A stretch of 64,000 nt of DNA from an uncultured Chloroflexia bacterium (GTDB taxonomy: Bacteria; Chloroflexota; Anaerolineae; CG2-30-64-16). The stretch covers positions 32,001-96,000 of the forward strand of contig CAVZDU010000001.1 of the NCBI GenBank assembly GCA_963774265.1, written 5' to 3'. Shown here piece after piece: positions 19,197 to 29,655 of this stretch (its first letter is position 1; every line of letters begins with the position of its first letter). Under the pieces are notes generated by a model. That model made no database searches, had not been told where the DNA came from, and saw only the letters and a program-made list of their open reading frames with translations. The translations under genes were made by a program, and so were the position numbers.

Positions 19197-20042
19197 TCAG
19201 GAACGAACGATGGCTGCGCCGAGCGCATTCGGCCCGGCGTGCGCAGCGAAGGCCGGCCCGACCTCCGCGAGGATCACTTCGGTCCGGTTGACGCCCGCGA
19301 GGCCCGCGATACGATCTGCCAGCTCAGTAGCAGCCACACAGCCACGCGTGTAGACTGCCGCTAGCTCTTGCACGGGCAGCCGCTCGCACACCTCATCCTC
19401 CAATCGCTGAAGAGCGCTGCGGGTCGAGCGAGCGATGGACACCAGGCGGAACTCGCCGTTACACATCTCGAGGACTGGCTTGACCTTCAGCGTGCGTGCC
19501 ACCTTGTCGACAAGCGGGATGATCCGGTCAAGCCGGCCCCCCCGACGCACCCATTCCAGCGTATCCAGCACGAAAAAGATTGAGGTGCGCTCGCGCAGGC
19601 TCTCAATCGTGCGCTGGATCAGTTCCGCGCTCCTCCCGGCCACCGCTTCCTTGGCCGCTACCAACACCTGCAGGCCCATGCCCAGGGAAAACGAGCCGGA
19701 GTCAACCACGCGCACCTTTTCGCCGAAGTCCTGTGCGGCCAGCCAGGCAGCGTTGTAGGTGCCGCTGTGCTTGCCGGGCAGCGTCAGACAAACCACCTCG
19801 TGACCCGCGTCCACCAACTTCTGGAACGCCCTGTAAAATGTTCCGGGTGGGGGCGAAGACGTGCCGGGTCCTTCAGGCATACGTTCGACACGCTGCCAAA
19901 AATCATCGTTGGTCAGTGCGTCGCTCGAAACCATCTCCTGTCCGAACCGTACATAAACGGGCACGATCGTGATGTCGTACTGATCAACCAGGGCAGGCGG
20001 CAGATCGCATCCGCTGTCAGCGACGATGCGCACATTGGGCAT
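19197..20042 (-). CDS. DegV/FakB fatty-acid-binding protein
   Basis: IVADSGCDLP, TSSPPPG, SGTYNAA, VVDSGS, LDTLEWVRRGGR, VKPVL, HAGP. Confidence 0.93.
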   Translation of the reverse strand: MPNVRIVADSGCDLPPALVDQYDITIVPVYVRFGQEMVSSDALTNDDFWQRVERMPEGPGTSSPPPGTFYRAFQKLVDAGHEVVCLTLPGKHSGTYNAAWLAAQDFGEKVRVVDSGSFSLGMGLQVLVAAKEAVAGRSAELIQRTIESLRERTSIFFVLDTLEWVRRGGRLDRIIPLVDKVARTLKVKPVLEMCNGEFRLVSIARSTRSALQRLEDEVCERLPVQELAAVYTRGCVAATELADRIAGLAGVNRTEVILAEVGPAFAAHAGPNALGAAIVRS

Positions 20043-20124
20043 AGCATCCTCCATTTGAGGTCCGCCGCGAACTATGCCCCAATTATAGCACTGCGCGCAG
20101 TAAGCGCAATGACCGAACGCAAGC

Positions 20125-21566
20125 GGTAGTGTATCCCGATCGGTTGAAATTCGTCTGAGGGTGGAAACCTGGTAAGGTCAGGTTACAACACCAATACCAC
20201 GCCAGGAGACCACCCCGATGCGCAGCGTACTCCCGGAATGCCGGCATGTCAACGGGCATGCTTTGATCGAAGGAGCCATTGCGGAGGCTCATCACCACCT
20301 GCTCAACCAAATCGGGCACGGGATCGGCGAGCGTTTGTACGCCGCGGCCGAATACGTCTTGGGCCGGGCGCCCTACGTGCGGCGGGGCCACGTGGCCAAC
20401 AGTCTGGAACAGACCCGTGCGTGCCCCAAGTGCCACACCGTGCAGAGCCAGCGGTTCAGTCGCAACGGCAGCCGGCCGCGCCATTTGCTGACCCGCTGGG
20501 GCGAAGTGCCGCTGCGCTGGCCCCGCTTCGTCTGTGAGTGCGGCGGCAGCATCACCCTCGATCTGGATGATTGGCTGGCGCCCTACCAGCGCATTGGCAG
20601 CGATGTCGACGCTCAAATTCAACGCTGGGGCGCCCTGAGTATCAGCCTGCGCGAGATGCAGGGCGAACTGACGCATAGCTATATGGGCGTGTTGGGCCAA
20701 CGCACCCTGCTCCAGCGCTTACACCAACTCCAGCAGCTCACCCCGGGCGCCGATGAGCGGCCCACGCCGCCGATCGTGCAGTTCGACGCCATCTGGTTCA
20801 CGCAACTGTGTGCGACCGGGCAGTGGCGCACCGACCGTAAGGGTCGCAAGCGCGCCGTCAAGGGCCGCCGGAAGCGCTGCCTCCTGATTGCGTTAGGCGT
20901 CTGGCCGGAAACCGGCCGCCAGGAGAGTCCTGGCCTGGCGGCCGGCCGACAGCGAAGATGCCGAAAGCTGGCTCGCCTTTCTCAGTGAACTGGAAGCCCA
21001 AGGCTTGCGCGGCGAACTGGGCCTGGAATTGATCATTCATGATGGCGGCAGTGGTCTATGCGCCGCACTCACCACCATCCACTTTGACGCCATCGAGCAA
21101 CGCTGCCTCTTCCATAAGCTCCGCAACATCTGGCAAGCCATTCGCATCGCCGACGATTTGCCCGCAGCTGAACGGCGCCGCCAGCGCCGGGCGATCTACC
21201 GCGATTTCGTCGCCATCTTTCAGGCCAAACAGCGTGCCACCGTCTTGCGCCGCGCCCTCAAGGTGCTGCAGAAATATCGCAACACCCAACCCGATGCTGT
21301 GGCCACGCTCCGGCGCAACTTCCGCGCCACCGTGGCTTACTTCCTCCTGCAAGAACGCCATCCCACCTGGCGCCGCAGCTTTCTCCGCACAACCAGCCGG
21401 CTCGAACGCTTCAATCGCTGCCTGCGCCGCCGCATTCGGAGCGCCAACGCCTACCATTCCGATGCTGGCGTCTTGGCCATGATCGCACAGGAGGTGGATC
21501 GCAAGTTCATCCTACCTGCCATGCGCAAGTTCAACACACACTTCCAACCGAAAGCGATACACTAAC
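20125..21566 (+). mobile_element. Complete IS256-superfamily (prokaryotic Mutator-like) insertion sequence, 1442 bp
   Basis: Imperfect 25-bp TIRs GGTAGTGTATCCCGATCGGTTGAAA and (reverse complement) GTTAGTGTATCGCTTTCGGTTGGAA, 20/25 match; 8-bp direct repeat ACGCAAGC at 20117-20124 and 21567-21574. Confidence 0.92.
20218..21565 (+). CDS. IS256/Mutator-like DDE transposase with an apparent +1 frameshift near 20926
   Basis: RNGSRPRHLLTRWGEV, QFDAIW (D), ALGV...ESWLAFLSEL, IIHDGGSGL (D), QRCLFHKLRN (CxxH), RTTSRLERFNR (E). Confidence 0.9.
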
Positions 21567-21680
21567 ACGCAAGCCGACTCGCATCGAATACTAAGATCGC
21601 AACTATCCGCCGCTTGTTTGCGACTCTTGCCTTATGTTACAATCCCTTTAAATTGGCAGTGGAGCAGGCGGAGGCGCACC

Positions 21681-22043
21681 ATGAGGCCCAAAATCGAAGA
21701 CGCGTGGTTCGGGAGCATCACCGTTGATGGCGCCCGCTACGAGTACGACATCATCATCCGGCTGAGCGGCAAAGTGCGGCGGCGAAACAAGCAGCTTTCC
21801 AAGGCGATCTACGGCACGTCGCACACCCTCAGTCTGGCGGAGATTGTTGAGTTGCACCGCAAGCGCGCCGAGTGCATCATTATCGGCACAGGGTTCGAGG
21901 GACAGGTGCACCTTTCGCCCGAAGCCGCTGCCTACCTCGAAAAGAAGAACTGCCCCGCCGAGCTCTATCCAACACCCGAAGCCATCGAAAAGTGGAACAA
22001 AGCCGAAGGCCTCGTTATCGGTCTTTTCCACATAACCTGCTGA
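21681..22043 (+). CDS. Mth938-like (DUF498) protein
   Basis: FGSITVDG, IIIGTG, TPEAIEKWN, C-terminal FHITC; TG-TACAAT -10 at 21638. Confidence 0.88.
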   Translation: MRPKIEDAWFGSITVDGARYEYDIIIRLSGKVRRRNKQLSKAIYGTSHTLSLAEIVELHRKRAECIIIGTGFEGQVHLSPEAAAYLEKKNCPAELYPTPEAIEKWNKAEGLVIGLFHITC

Positions 22044-22056
22044 TTTGGGGGCGCCG

Positions 22057-22971
22057 ATGGCCGCTGCAATCATCGTTCATGGTGGGGCTTGGGATATCCC
22101 CCCGGACTTGCACGCGGACCATCTTTCGGGCTGCCGCGCCGCTGCAGAGGCGGGCTGGGACCTGCTCGAGCGCGGGGCAACGGCCGCGGATGCGGTCGAA
22201 GCGGCTGTGCGCATCCTCGAGGATCACCCCGTGTTCGATGCGGGCCGCGGTTCACACCTGAACGCAGACGGCATAGTCGAGCTGGACGCGGGCATGATGG
22301 ATGGCAAGTCGCTCATGGCGGGCGCGGTGGCTTCAGTCAAACGTATGGCAAATCCTATCAGCCTTGCGCGCCGTGTGCTGCACGACAGCCCCCACGTGTT
22401 TCTCGTGGGCGAGGGCGCCGAGCGTTTCGCGCAAGCGGCCGGGCTGCCCCTCTGCGACCCTGAATCGCTCATTGTACCCCGCGAGCGCGCGCTGTGGGAG
22501 CGCAGGCGCGCCGAAGTTGAGCCACATACGCCAGCCTCGGAATTCCAAAGTAAACCGGCCGACACGGTCGGCGCTGTGGCGCTGGACACTGCGGGCAACC
22601 TCGCCGTGGGCAATTCGACCGGAGGAACCTTCTACAAGCATCCCGGTCGCGTGGGCGATACGCCCATCATCGGCTGTGGCCTGTACGCCGACAACACCCT
22701 CGGCGCAGCCGCGTGCACCGGCTGGGGCGAGCAGATCATGAAGACCGTGCTGGCTAAGACCACCGTGGACCATATCGCCCTTCTCGGCAGCGCGCGCGAT
22801 GCCGCGCACGTCGCCATTGCCTACTTCAGGCACCGCGTCGGTGGCCTGGGCGGCGTCATCTGCATCTCCCCCGATGGCCAAATCGGTTTCGCCCACAGCA
22901 CCCCATACCTGGCCCACGCGTATCGGAGAGATGACATGACCGAGGTGGTCGCGTCACTGACGGCGGGATAG
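22057..22971 (+). CDS. Isoaspartyl peptidase/plant-type L-asparaginase
   Basis: IIVHGGAW, FDAGRGS, DTVGAVALD (Ntn nucleophile Thr), STGG, PGRVGDTPIIGCG, TGWGE. Confidence 0.95.
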   Translation: MAAAIIVHGGAWDIPPDLHADHLSGCRAAAEAGWDLLERGATAADAVEAAVRILEDHPVFDAGRGSHLNADGIVELDAGMMDGKSLMAGAVASVKRMANPISLARRVLHDSPHVFLVGEGAERFAQAAGLPLCDPESLIVPRERALWERRRAEVEPHTPASEFQSKPADTVGAVALDTAGNLAVGNSTGGTFYKHPGRVGDTPIIGCGLYADNTLGAAACTGWGEQIMKTVLAKTTVDHIALLGSARDAAHVAIAYFRHRVGGLGGVICISPDGQIGFAHSTPYLAHAYRRDDMTEVVASLTAG

Positions 22972-22976
22972 TTCTC

Positions 22977-23813
22977 ATGCCACGTCGTTGGTCGGCCTTG
23001 CGGCCCATGCTCGCTACCCTTCTCACCATGGGCCTCGTAGACGCACCTCTGCGCTTGCTGGCCGAGCGAATCATTGCCGAGAAGAGCGCGAGCCTTTCCC
23101 TCAATCCCGCCCTCGGCCGCATCGCCGGGACGGTGGCCACGCGCTTCATCGAGGTGCCGGCCGTGCTCCTTGGGCTGGCCATCCTTTTCCGTTTCACCCG
23201 GTGCGGATCCTTTGCAGACCTGGGGCTGGGCCGTCGCGGGCTGAGATGGATGCCCGTTGGCTGCTTTGCGCCCATCATCGCGCTGCTACTCGCGGCCCTG
23301 GTTGCGTATGCAGCCGGCCTCCTGCCGGTCAATCGCTTGCTCTATCCCGGTCCCTGGCCTACACTGCTCGCCCTGGCCGCAGCCACCCACGCTGCGTGGA
23401 TCGAGGAGATCGGAGTCCGTGGGGTGCTCATGCAGGGCATTGAGCGTGTGTCGAACCGGACGGCTGCGATCCTTTTGAGTACTGCGGCGTTCACTGCGTT
23501 GCACCTGTTTGCGCCGTTCAAGCTCACGTGGGCGTGGTGGATCGTCGTTGCAGTTGCGGGTCTCGGTCTGGCATGGGGGTTCTATGCATCCGGGCGCAGC
23601 CTTTGGCTGACCATCGGCCTTCACTGGGGCTTTAATCTTGGCGCTTTCCTGCTGCTCGGCCTCCCCGGGGAAACGCGCGGCTGGCTCCACTGGCCGGAAA
23701 GCGGCCCCGTTCCTGCGTTGTCGCCCCAGGCCGGCTATGTGCTGTTGATCGGTGCGGCGCTTACCGCGCTCCTGTTGTTCCTGAAGCTACGAAAGTGTCA
23801 GGTGCACCCATGA
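22977..23813 (+). CDS. CPBP/Abi intramembrane glutamic endopeptidase
   Basis: EEIGVRG, FTALH, IGLHWGFN motifs and multiple TM segments. Confidence 0.9.
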   Translation: MPRRWSALRPMLATLLTMGLVDAPLRLLAERIIAEKSASLSLNPALGRIAGTVATRFIEVPAVLLGLAILFRFTRCGSFADLGLGRRGLRWMPVGCFAPIIALLLAALVAYAAGLLPVNRLLYPGPWPTLLALAAATHAAWIEEIGVRGVLMQGIERVSNRTAAILLSTAAFTALHLFAPFKLTWAWWIVVAVAGLGLAWGFYASGRSLWLTIGLHWGFNLGAFLLLGLPGETRGWLHWPESGPVPALSPQAGYVLLIGAALTALLLFLKLRKCQVHP

Positions 23814-24085
23814 CAGAGAAACGCATGCGTGTGATCGTGCGAGGCTATGTCCAGGGGGTGGGCTTCCGTGCGAGCTGTCAGCGCGCAGCCGACGCCGCGG
23901 GAGTCCGCGGCTGGGTGCGCAACCAGTGGGATGGCACGGTCGAGGCCCTGTTTGAAGGGCCGGAAGAAGGGGTCGACCATATGATCCGTTGGTGCCACCG
24001 CGGGCCGCGCATGGCCGATGTCGAGGAAGTGGAGATGCACTTCACGGACGAGCCGGCCCCTGCCCCCCCATTCCGGATGCGCTGA
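23810..24085 (+). CDS. acyP: Acylphosphatase
   Basis: GYVQGVGFR, GWVRN, DGTVE, GPRMA. Confidence 0.95.
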   Translation: MTEKRMRVIVRGYVQGVGFRASCQRAADAAGVRGWVRNQWDGTVEALFEGPEEGVDHMIRWCHRGPRMADVEEVEMHFTDEPAPAPPFRMR

Positions 24086-24125
24086 TGGCAGACCCCGTTT
24101 TCTGAGCTCGCTGCAATCTCCCTGG

Positions 24126-24473
24126 CTACTCAGCCGCCAGCACCTCATCCATCCGGGCGTATGCGCGACGCAGGTGGGGGATGACGATCGAACCACCGAC
24201 GATGAGCGCGACCGCAAACGTTTCCTCGAACTCAGCAATCGTCACACCCGCCTTGACACACTGAATCACATGGTACGTGATACAATCGTCGCAGCGCAAC
24301 ACCAGGGATGCGACAAGGCCGAGCAGTTCCTTTGTCTTTGCCGGCAGCGCGCCGTCTTCATACGCCTCACCGTCGAGGCGAAAAAACCGCTTGATGACGC
24401 GGTCATCGCCCGACAGGATGCGCTCATTGGCTTGCAAGCGTTCGGCCTGAAATTCGGCCAGCGTCTTGGTCAT
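24126..24473 (-). CDS. Carboxymuconolactone decarboxylase/AhpD-like protein
   Basis: GALPAKTKELLGLVASLVLRCDDCITYH. Confidence 0.9.
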   Translation of the reverse strand: MTKTLAEFQAERLQANERILSGDDRVIKRFFRLDGEAYEDGALPAKTKELLGLVASLVLRCDDCITYHVIQCVKAGVTIAEFEETFAVALIVGGSIVIPHLRRAYARMDEVLAAE

Positions 24474-24508
24474 GGGCGTCTCCTCAAAATAGTGAGCACA
24501 AGTATATC

Positions 24509-25582
24509 ATGAGTCTTATTCTGGCTATCGAAACCTCCTGCGACGAGACTGCTGCGGCCGTCATTGAAGATGGGCACATCATCCAGTCCAACGTTGTTGC
24601 GTCGCAGATCGACATCCATCGCGCATATGGCGGCGTCTTCCCCGAGATCGCCTCCCGCCAACATGTATTCGATATCGTGCCCGTCATCCAGGCTGCCATT
24701 CATGAGGCCCAACGCTCGTGGGAGGACCTCGACGCGCTGGCCGTCACGCGCGGCCCGGGTCTCGCCGGCTCGCTGCTGGTCGGCGTCAACACCGCCAAGG
24801 CCATCGCCTGGGCGCGCGGCCTGCCGATCGTTGCGGTCAACCACCTCGAGGGACATCTCTACTCCAACTGGCTCGATAAGGGCGGCAAGATCGTTCCGTC
24901 AGCCATCACCCGCCCCAGCCCTGTGGAGCTGGACGCGGCGGGCGAAGCCTTTCCCTTGCTCGTCCTCATCGTTTCTGGCGGCCACACTGAGCTGATCGTC
25001 ATGACCGGACACGGGGAGTACCGGCGACTCGGCGCGACGCTCGACGACGCGGCCGGCGAGGCGTTCGACAAAGTTGCGCGGCTTATCGGGCTCGGCTACC
25101 CCGGCGGACCGGCTATCCAGGCCGCGGCCGAAGGCGGGAATCCCCGCGCGTTCGACTTTCCACGCGGGCTGACCAATTACGCGATCCAACCCGAGCACCG
25201 CTACAATTTCAGCTTCAGTGGACTCAAGACCGCGGTGCTGCGCCAGGTGCGCGAGCTGGGTGAGGGGCCTTTGCCCGTCCCCGATCTCGCGGCCAGCTTC
25301 CAGGCGGCCGTAGTCGATGTGCTCATCAACAAGACAGCGTACGCGGCTCAGTCGTTAGGTGTGAAGCGTGTTTGCGTGTGCGGTGGCGTGGCCGCGAACA
25401 AGGCCTTGCGCGACGCGGTGGCCGTGCGTCTGCCCGTGCCGGCGTCGATTCCGCCGCTCTTCCTCTGCACTGACAACGCGGCGATGATCGGTGCAGCCGC
25501 ACACTACCGTTTCCTGACCGAGGGATCCTCCGAGCTCGACTTTGACGTGGAGCCGGATCTGGCCCTCGAGGTGCGTGGCTAA
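24509..25582 (+). CDS. tsaD: tRNA N6-threonylcarbamoyltransferase
   Basis: ILAIETSCDET, GPGL, VNHLEGH, VSGGHT, DDAAGEAFDKVAR, FSFSGLKT, GGVAAN, DNAAMI. Confidence 0.98.
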   Translation: MSLILAIETSCDETAAAVIEDGHIIQSNVVASQIDIHRAYGGVFPEIASRQHVFDIVPVIQAAIHEAQRSWEDLDALAVTRGPGLAGSLLVGVNTAKAIAWARGLPIVAVNHLEGHLYSNWLDKGGKIVPSAITRPSPVELDAAGEAFPLLVLIVSGGHTELIVMTGHGEYRRLGATLDDAAGEAFDKVARLIGLGYPGGPAIQAAAEGGNPRAFDFPRGLTNYAIQPEHRYNFSFSGLKTAVLRQVRELGEGPLPVPDLAASFQAAVVDVLINKTAYAAQSLGVKRVCVCGGVAANKALRDAVAVRLPVPASIPPLFLCTDNAAMIGAAAHYRFLTEGSSELDFDVEPDLALEVRG

Positions 25583-25611
25583 CTCGAGAGCGCTGATGCA
25601 GGGGTGAAGGG

Positions 25612-26151
25612 ATGCCACACGCGTTGGATACGGAACGCCTGATCCTCCGGCCGTACACAGAAGAAGACATCGAACCTGCGGTCCGTCTTTTCGAGAACGA
25701 CCTGGCGGTCTACCGCTACGACCCGGGGTTCGCGCGCACGGTCGAACAGCGCGCCGCCATCATTCGCCGCTTGATTGCGGATAACCAGGAAGACGGCGAG
25801 GGCACGCTCGCCGTCACCTTAAAGGACACAGGTAAGCTCATCGGCCAGGTCGGGCTGCAGTTGTTCGTCCTCCCCTGGTCACCTTTCGCGACGCCCGAGA
25901 TCGAGCTCTACTACAAATTCGGCCAGGCCTACTGGTCCCAAGGATACGCCCAGGAAGCGTGCTGCGCGCTGATCCACTTCGCGTTTGAAGACATCCACCT
26001 GCTCCGCCTGGTCACGATCACGCACCCCGAAAACCGGCGGTCGGTCAAACTACTGGAGCGTCTCGGCTTTTACATTGGCCCCGCCCCTCCTGCATGGAAT
26101 CCTCACGTTCTCGGGATTCTGACCAACCCTGCCGTTGGCCGCTCAGCATAA
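25612..26151 (+). CDS. RimJ/RimL-type GNAT acetyltransferase
   Basis: TERLILRP, YWSQGYAQEA, ENRRSVKLLERLGF. Confidence 0.88.
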   Translation: MPHALDTERLILRPYTEEDIEPAVRLFENDLAVYRYDPGFARTVEQRAAIIRRLIADNQEDGEGTLAVTLKDTGKLIGQVGLQLFVLPWSPFATPEIELYYKFGQAYWSQGYAQEACCALIHFAFEDIHLLRLVTITHPENRRSVKLLERLGFYIGPAPPAWNPHVLGILTNPAVGRSA

Positions 26152-26156
26152 GCTTC

Positions 26157-27379
26157 TTATGATCGCCTGAGACCGTGGCGCCACGCGTCGACCCGCTTAC
26201 GCAACCGTCCGCGCCAGTTGTCTTTCCCCACGGGCCCCATCACCCAGTTGTAGGCATGGCGCTCGCTCCGAATCACCCAGGAGCGGAACCCCGCAGACAG
26301 GAATCCAAGCTGTGCCAACAGTCTGCCCAGCCAGGTCTTTGTGGTCGGCGGCGGCGGTGCGCCCCACTCCACTGCGGCTGCGGCCCAGGTCAAGCCCGCG
26401 CCAAAACCGACGAGGACGACCTTGTCTCCCGGATGCACTTTGCCCGCTGCAACCGCTTCGGTCAACGCGATGGGGATGGACGCTGCTGAGGTGTTGCCGT
26501 ATCGTTCGAGATTGACGAAGAACTTGTCCATCGGCAGATTGAGCCGTTTTGCGGCCGATTCGATGATGCGCGTGTTGGCCTGGTGCGGGATAAACAGCGA
26601 CACATCTTCCAACTCCCAGCCCGCCTTGCGAGTCACACTTTGTGCCGCCCTGGGTATGACCGTGGTGGCGAACCGATACACCTCACGGCCGTTCATCTTG
26701 ATGAAGTGGCCGCCGTTGCTAACGGTTTCCAGGCTGGCAGGCTGATGGCTGCCCCCGCGGGGAGGATCAGCAACTCACCACCCGAACCGTCGCTGCCCAG
26801 CTCTGTTGCAAGAACGCCGCAGCGCGCATCGCACACGCTCACCACAACCGCGCCTGCACCATCGCCGAAAAGGACGCACGTGTTGCGGTCGTTCCAGTCA
26901 ATGATGCGGGACAGTGTCTCCGCGCCGATGATCAAGACATGCTCGGCCGTGCCGCTGCGAATCGCGGCCATCCCCATCGTCAACGCGTAGATGAAACCAG
27001 AGCACCCTGCGCTCAAATCAAACGCACCGGCCGACCCGGCGCCAAGCGCATCCTGGACCAGGCTCGCCGTGGAAGGGAACACGTACTCAGGCGTGGCGGT
27101 CGCGACGATAATCAGGTCCAATTGCGAGGATCGCAGACCAGCCTTCAGAAGCGCGTCGCGCCCCGCGCGTGCAGCCAGGACCGCGGTCGTCTCTCGTTCA
27201 CTGTCCACCACATGTCGTTCTTTGATGCCCGTATGAGAGATGATCCACTCGTCGGTTGTGTCCACGACGCGGGCCAACGCTTCGTTTGTCAGCACCTTCT
27301 CGGGCACACAACTGGCCCAGCCGGTGATCTGTGCGTACCGCCCCGGATGATTTGCGCCGGACCCGTTCACGCCCGTCAT
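26157..27379 (-). CDS. fabH: 3-oxoacyl-ACP synthase III with one base missing in a G run near 26752-26756 and a C-terminal extension
   Basis: [26 protein letters not shown], then (restoring PAGGS) [34 protein letters not shown]. Start overlaps the fabF stop (ATGA). Confidence 0.93.
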
Positions 27380-28626
27380 GCGACCCGCCCGAAAACGACC
27401 GTGCCGTTGTGCCCGCCAAATCCAAAGGAATTCGACATAGCCACATTGACGGTCGCACGCCGCGCGATGTTCGGCACGTAGTCGAGGTCGCATACGGGGT
27501 CCGGTGTCTCGTAGTTGATGGTCGGTGGCAAGATATTGTCGCGCATGGTGAGGAGGCAGAAAGCCGCTTCGATGGCGCCTGCTGCGCCCATCAGGTGACC
27601 GGTCATGCTCTTCGTCGAGCTGATCGCCACCCGATACGCATCATCGCCGAACACGGCTTTGATCGCGCGCGTCTCACCGGCATCATTCAGGGGCGTACTC
27701 GTGCCGTGCGCGTTGATGTAGTCGACTTCTGATGGATGGATGCCGGCGTCCTCGAGCGCCATCCGCATACATTCCGCAGCGCCGACCCCATCATCCGCGG
27801 GTGCAGTGATGTGGTAAGCATCCGCAGTGATGCCGTAACCGATGAGTTCGCCGTAGATGTGTGCGCCGCGGGCCAGCGCGCGATCCAGTCGCTCCAGCAC
27901 AACGATCCCGGCCCCTTCAGCAACCACGAAACCGTCCCGGTCTTTGTCGAACGGCCGGCTCGCACGTTCGGGTTCATCGTTGCGGCTGCTGAGCGCTTGC
28001 ATGTTCTCGAACCCCGCTACCGCCATCTGCACGATCGCTGCCTCGGATCCACCTGCGATCATCAGATCCGCATGCCCCCGGCGAATCATCTCCGCGGCTT
28101 CACCTAAGGCATGGGTGCCTGTCGCACAGGCGGTGGACACCGCCAGGTTCGGCCCACGCGCGCCGATCATGATGCTGATATGCGCGGATGCACTGTTCAG
28201 CATCAGCGCTGGCACTGCGAAAGGACTAACGCGGCGTGGTCCACGCTCCACCATGAGCATCTGGTTCTCTAGCAGTGCGTGGACACCACCAATGCCTGAA
28301 CCCACCACCACGCCAACGCGTTGCGGACCCCACTCTTCCAAATTGAACCGCGCATCGGCGAGGGCTTGCTGGGTGGCCGCGACGGCGAAATGGAGAAAAC
28401 GATCCATGCGGCGCGCGGTTGGCTTGTCCATATATTGAGTCGGGTCGAAGTTCTTCACTTCGGCGGCGATGTGGGTTTTGAAAGCCGAGTGGTCGAACTG
28501 CGTCAACGGTCCAACGCCCGAGCGACCGGCCAGAAGTGCGGCCCAAGTGGTGGACACGTCGTTGCCGACAGGGGTCACAAGCCCGAGGCCGGTGGCGACC
28601 ACGCGCTGGGAGTCTGGTCGAATCAA
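27376..28626 (-). CDS. fabF: 3-oxoacyl-ACP synthase II
   Basis: TACATG, SRPFDKDRDGFV, DAYHITAP, YINAHGTST, STKSMTGH, SNSFGFGGHN. Confidence 0.97.
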   Translation of the reverse strand: MIRPDSQRVVATGLGLVTPVGNDVSTTWAALLAGRSGVGPLTQFDHSAFKTHIAAEVKNFDPTQYMDKPTARRMDRFLHFAVAATQQALADARFNLEEWGPQRVGVVVGSGIGGVHALLENQMLMVERGPRRVSPFAVPALMLNSASAHISIMIGARGPNLAVSTACATGTHALGEAAEMIRRGHADLMIAGGSEAAIVQMAVAGFENMQALSSRNDEPERASRPFDKDRDGFVVAEGAGIVVLERLDRALARGAHIYGELIGYGITADAYHITAPADDGVGAAECMRMALEDAGIHPSEVDYINAHGTSTPLNDAGETRAIKAVFGDDAYRVAISSTKSMTGHLMGAAGAIEAAFCLLTMRDNILPPTINYETPDPVCDLDYVPNIARRATVNVAMSNSFGFGGHNGTVVFGRVA

Positions 28627-28794
28627 GAGAACCTCCTGAGAGATGGTTGCTCAATTTGGGGGACAGCCTGATGTTCCTCCAGACAACCACTGCTATTAAC
28701 ACGAAGGGCAGACAAAGGACGCGGCCGCTGCCATTTGCGCCATAGCCCGGTTTGCCGTACCATGGGTCGCGATGTTCCATCGTGAGGTCACCTG

Positions 28795-29655
28795 ATGAAG
28801 ATCGTCAAAGCCGTGATCACCGCAGCCGGTTCCCGGCAGCGCACCTTGCCCCTCCAGACGCTGGTCGATCGTGACGGCGTGCAGAAGTCGGTCCTGCGCA
28901 TCGTGCTCGAAGAGGCGCAGCGGGCTGGTGTGGAGGACATTTGCGTTGTCGTCAGCCCTGAGGATGAAGCGCCCTATGCCCGGGCCGCGGGCAACACCAC
29001 CGCACGCCTGACATTCGTGCCGCAGGTCGAGCCACGGGGGTACGGCGACGCCATCCTCTGTGCGCGGCCGTTCACGGGCGACGAGGCGTTTCTGCATCTC
29101 GTCGGCGATCATCTCTGGGTCAGCGCGGGACGCGAGGGATGTGCGCAGCAGCTTGTAGAGGTGGCACAGCAGGAGGACTGCGCCGTCAGCGCAGTGCAGG
29201 CGTCACGCGAGACGTTGTTGCCCTACTTCGGCACGGTCGGCGGCCGGCGACTGGCCGGGCGACACGACCTGTACTTGATCGAAGATGTGATGGAGAAGCC
29301 GACGCCAACCGAGGCGGAGCAGCGACTCCTCGTGCCAGGCCTGCGAACCGGCCACTACCTCTGCTTCTTTGGCCTGCACGTCCTCACGCCCGGGGTCATG
29401 GATATTCTGGCCGACCTGGTCGCGCAAGACCGGGGTGCAGTGACGTTATCACAGGCGCTGGCCTTGCTGGCAGCTCGTGAACGTTACCTCGCGCTGGAGC
29501 GACCCTGGTTCCGCTATGACGTGGGTGTGCAGTACGGGCTCCTCACTGCGCAATTGGCGTTGGCCCTCTCAGGCCGCGACCGCGACCTGGTGCTCACACA
29601 GCTTCTCGAACTGCTGGCGCACCGCGAGTTACGGGCGGGCCAGGAGGTATCGTGA
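28795..29655 (+). CDS. GalU-like sugar-phosphate nucleotidyltransferase-family protein with a degenerate signature
   Basis: [35 protein letters not shown]. Confidence 0.8.
   Translation: MKIVKAVITAAGSRQRTLPLQTLVDRDGVQKSVLRIVLEEAQRAGVEDICVVVSPEDEAPYARAAGNTTARLTFVPQVEPRGYGDAILCARPFTGDEAFLHLVGDHLWVSAGREGCAQQLVEVAQQEDCAVSAVQASRETLLPYFGTVGGRRLAGRHDLYLIEDVMEKPTPTEAEQRLLVPGLRTGHYLCFFGLHVLTPGVMDILADLVAQDRGAVTLSQALALLAARERYLALERPWFRYDVGVQYGLLTAQLALALSGRDRDLVLTQLLELLAHRELRAGQEVS

Noticed and set aside
20900-20950. Programmed ribosomal frameshift in the transposase
   Set aside because: IS256-type transposases are normally single ORFs, no slippery heptamer is evident, and similar indels occur throughout the window.
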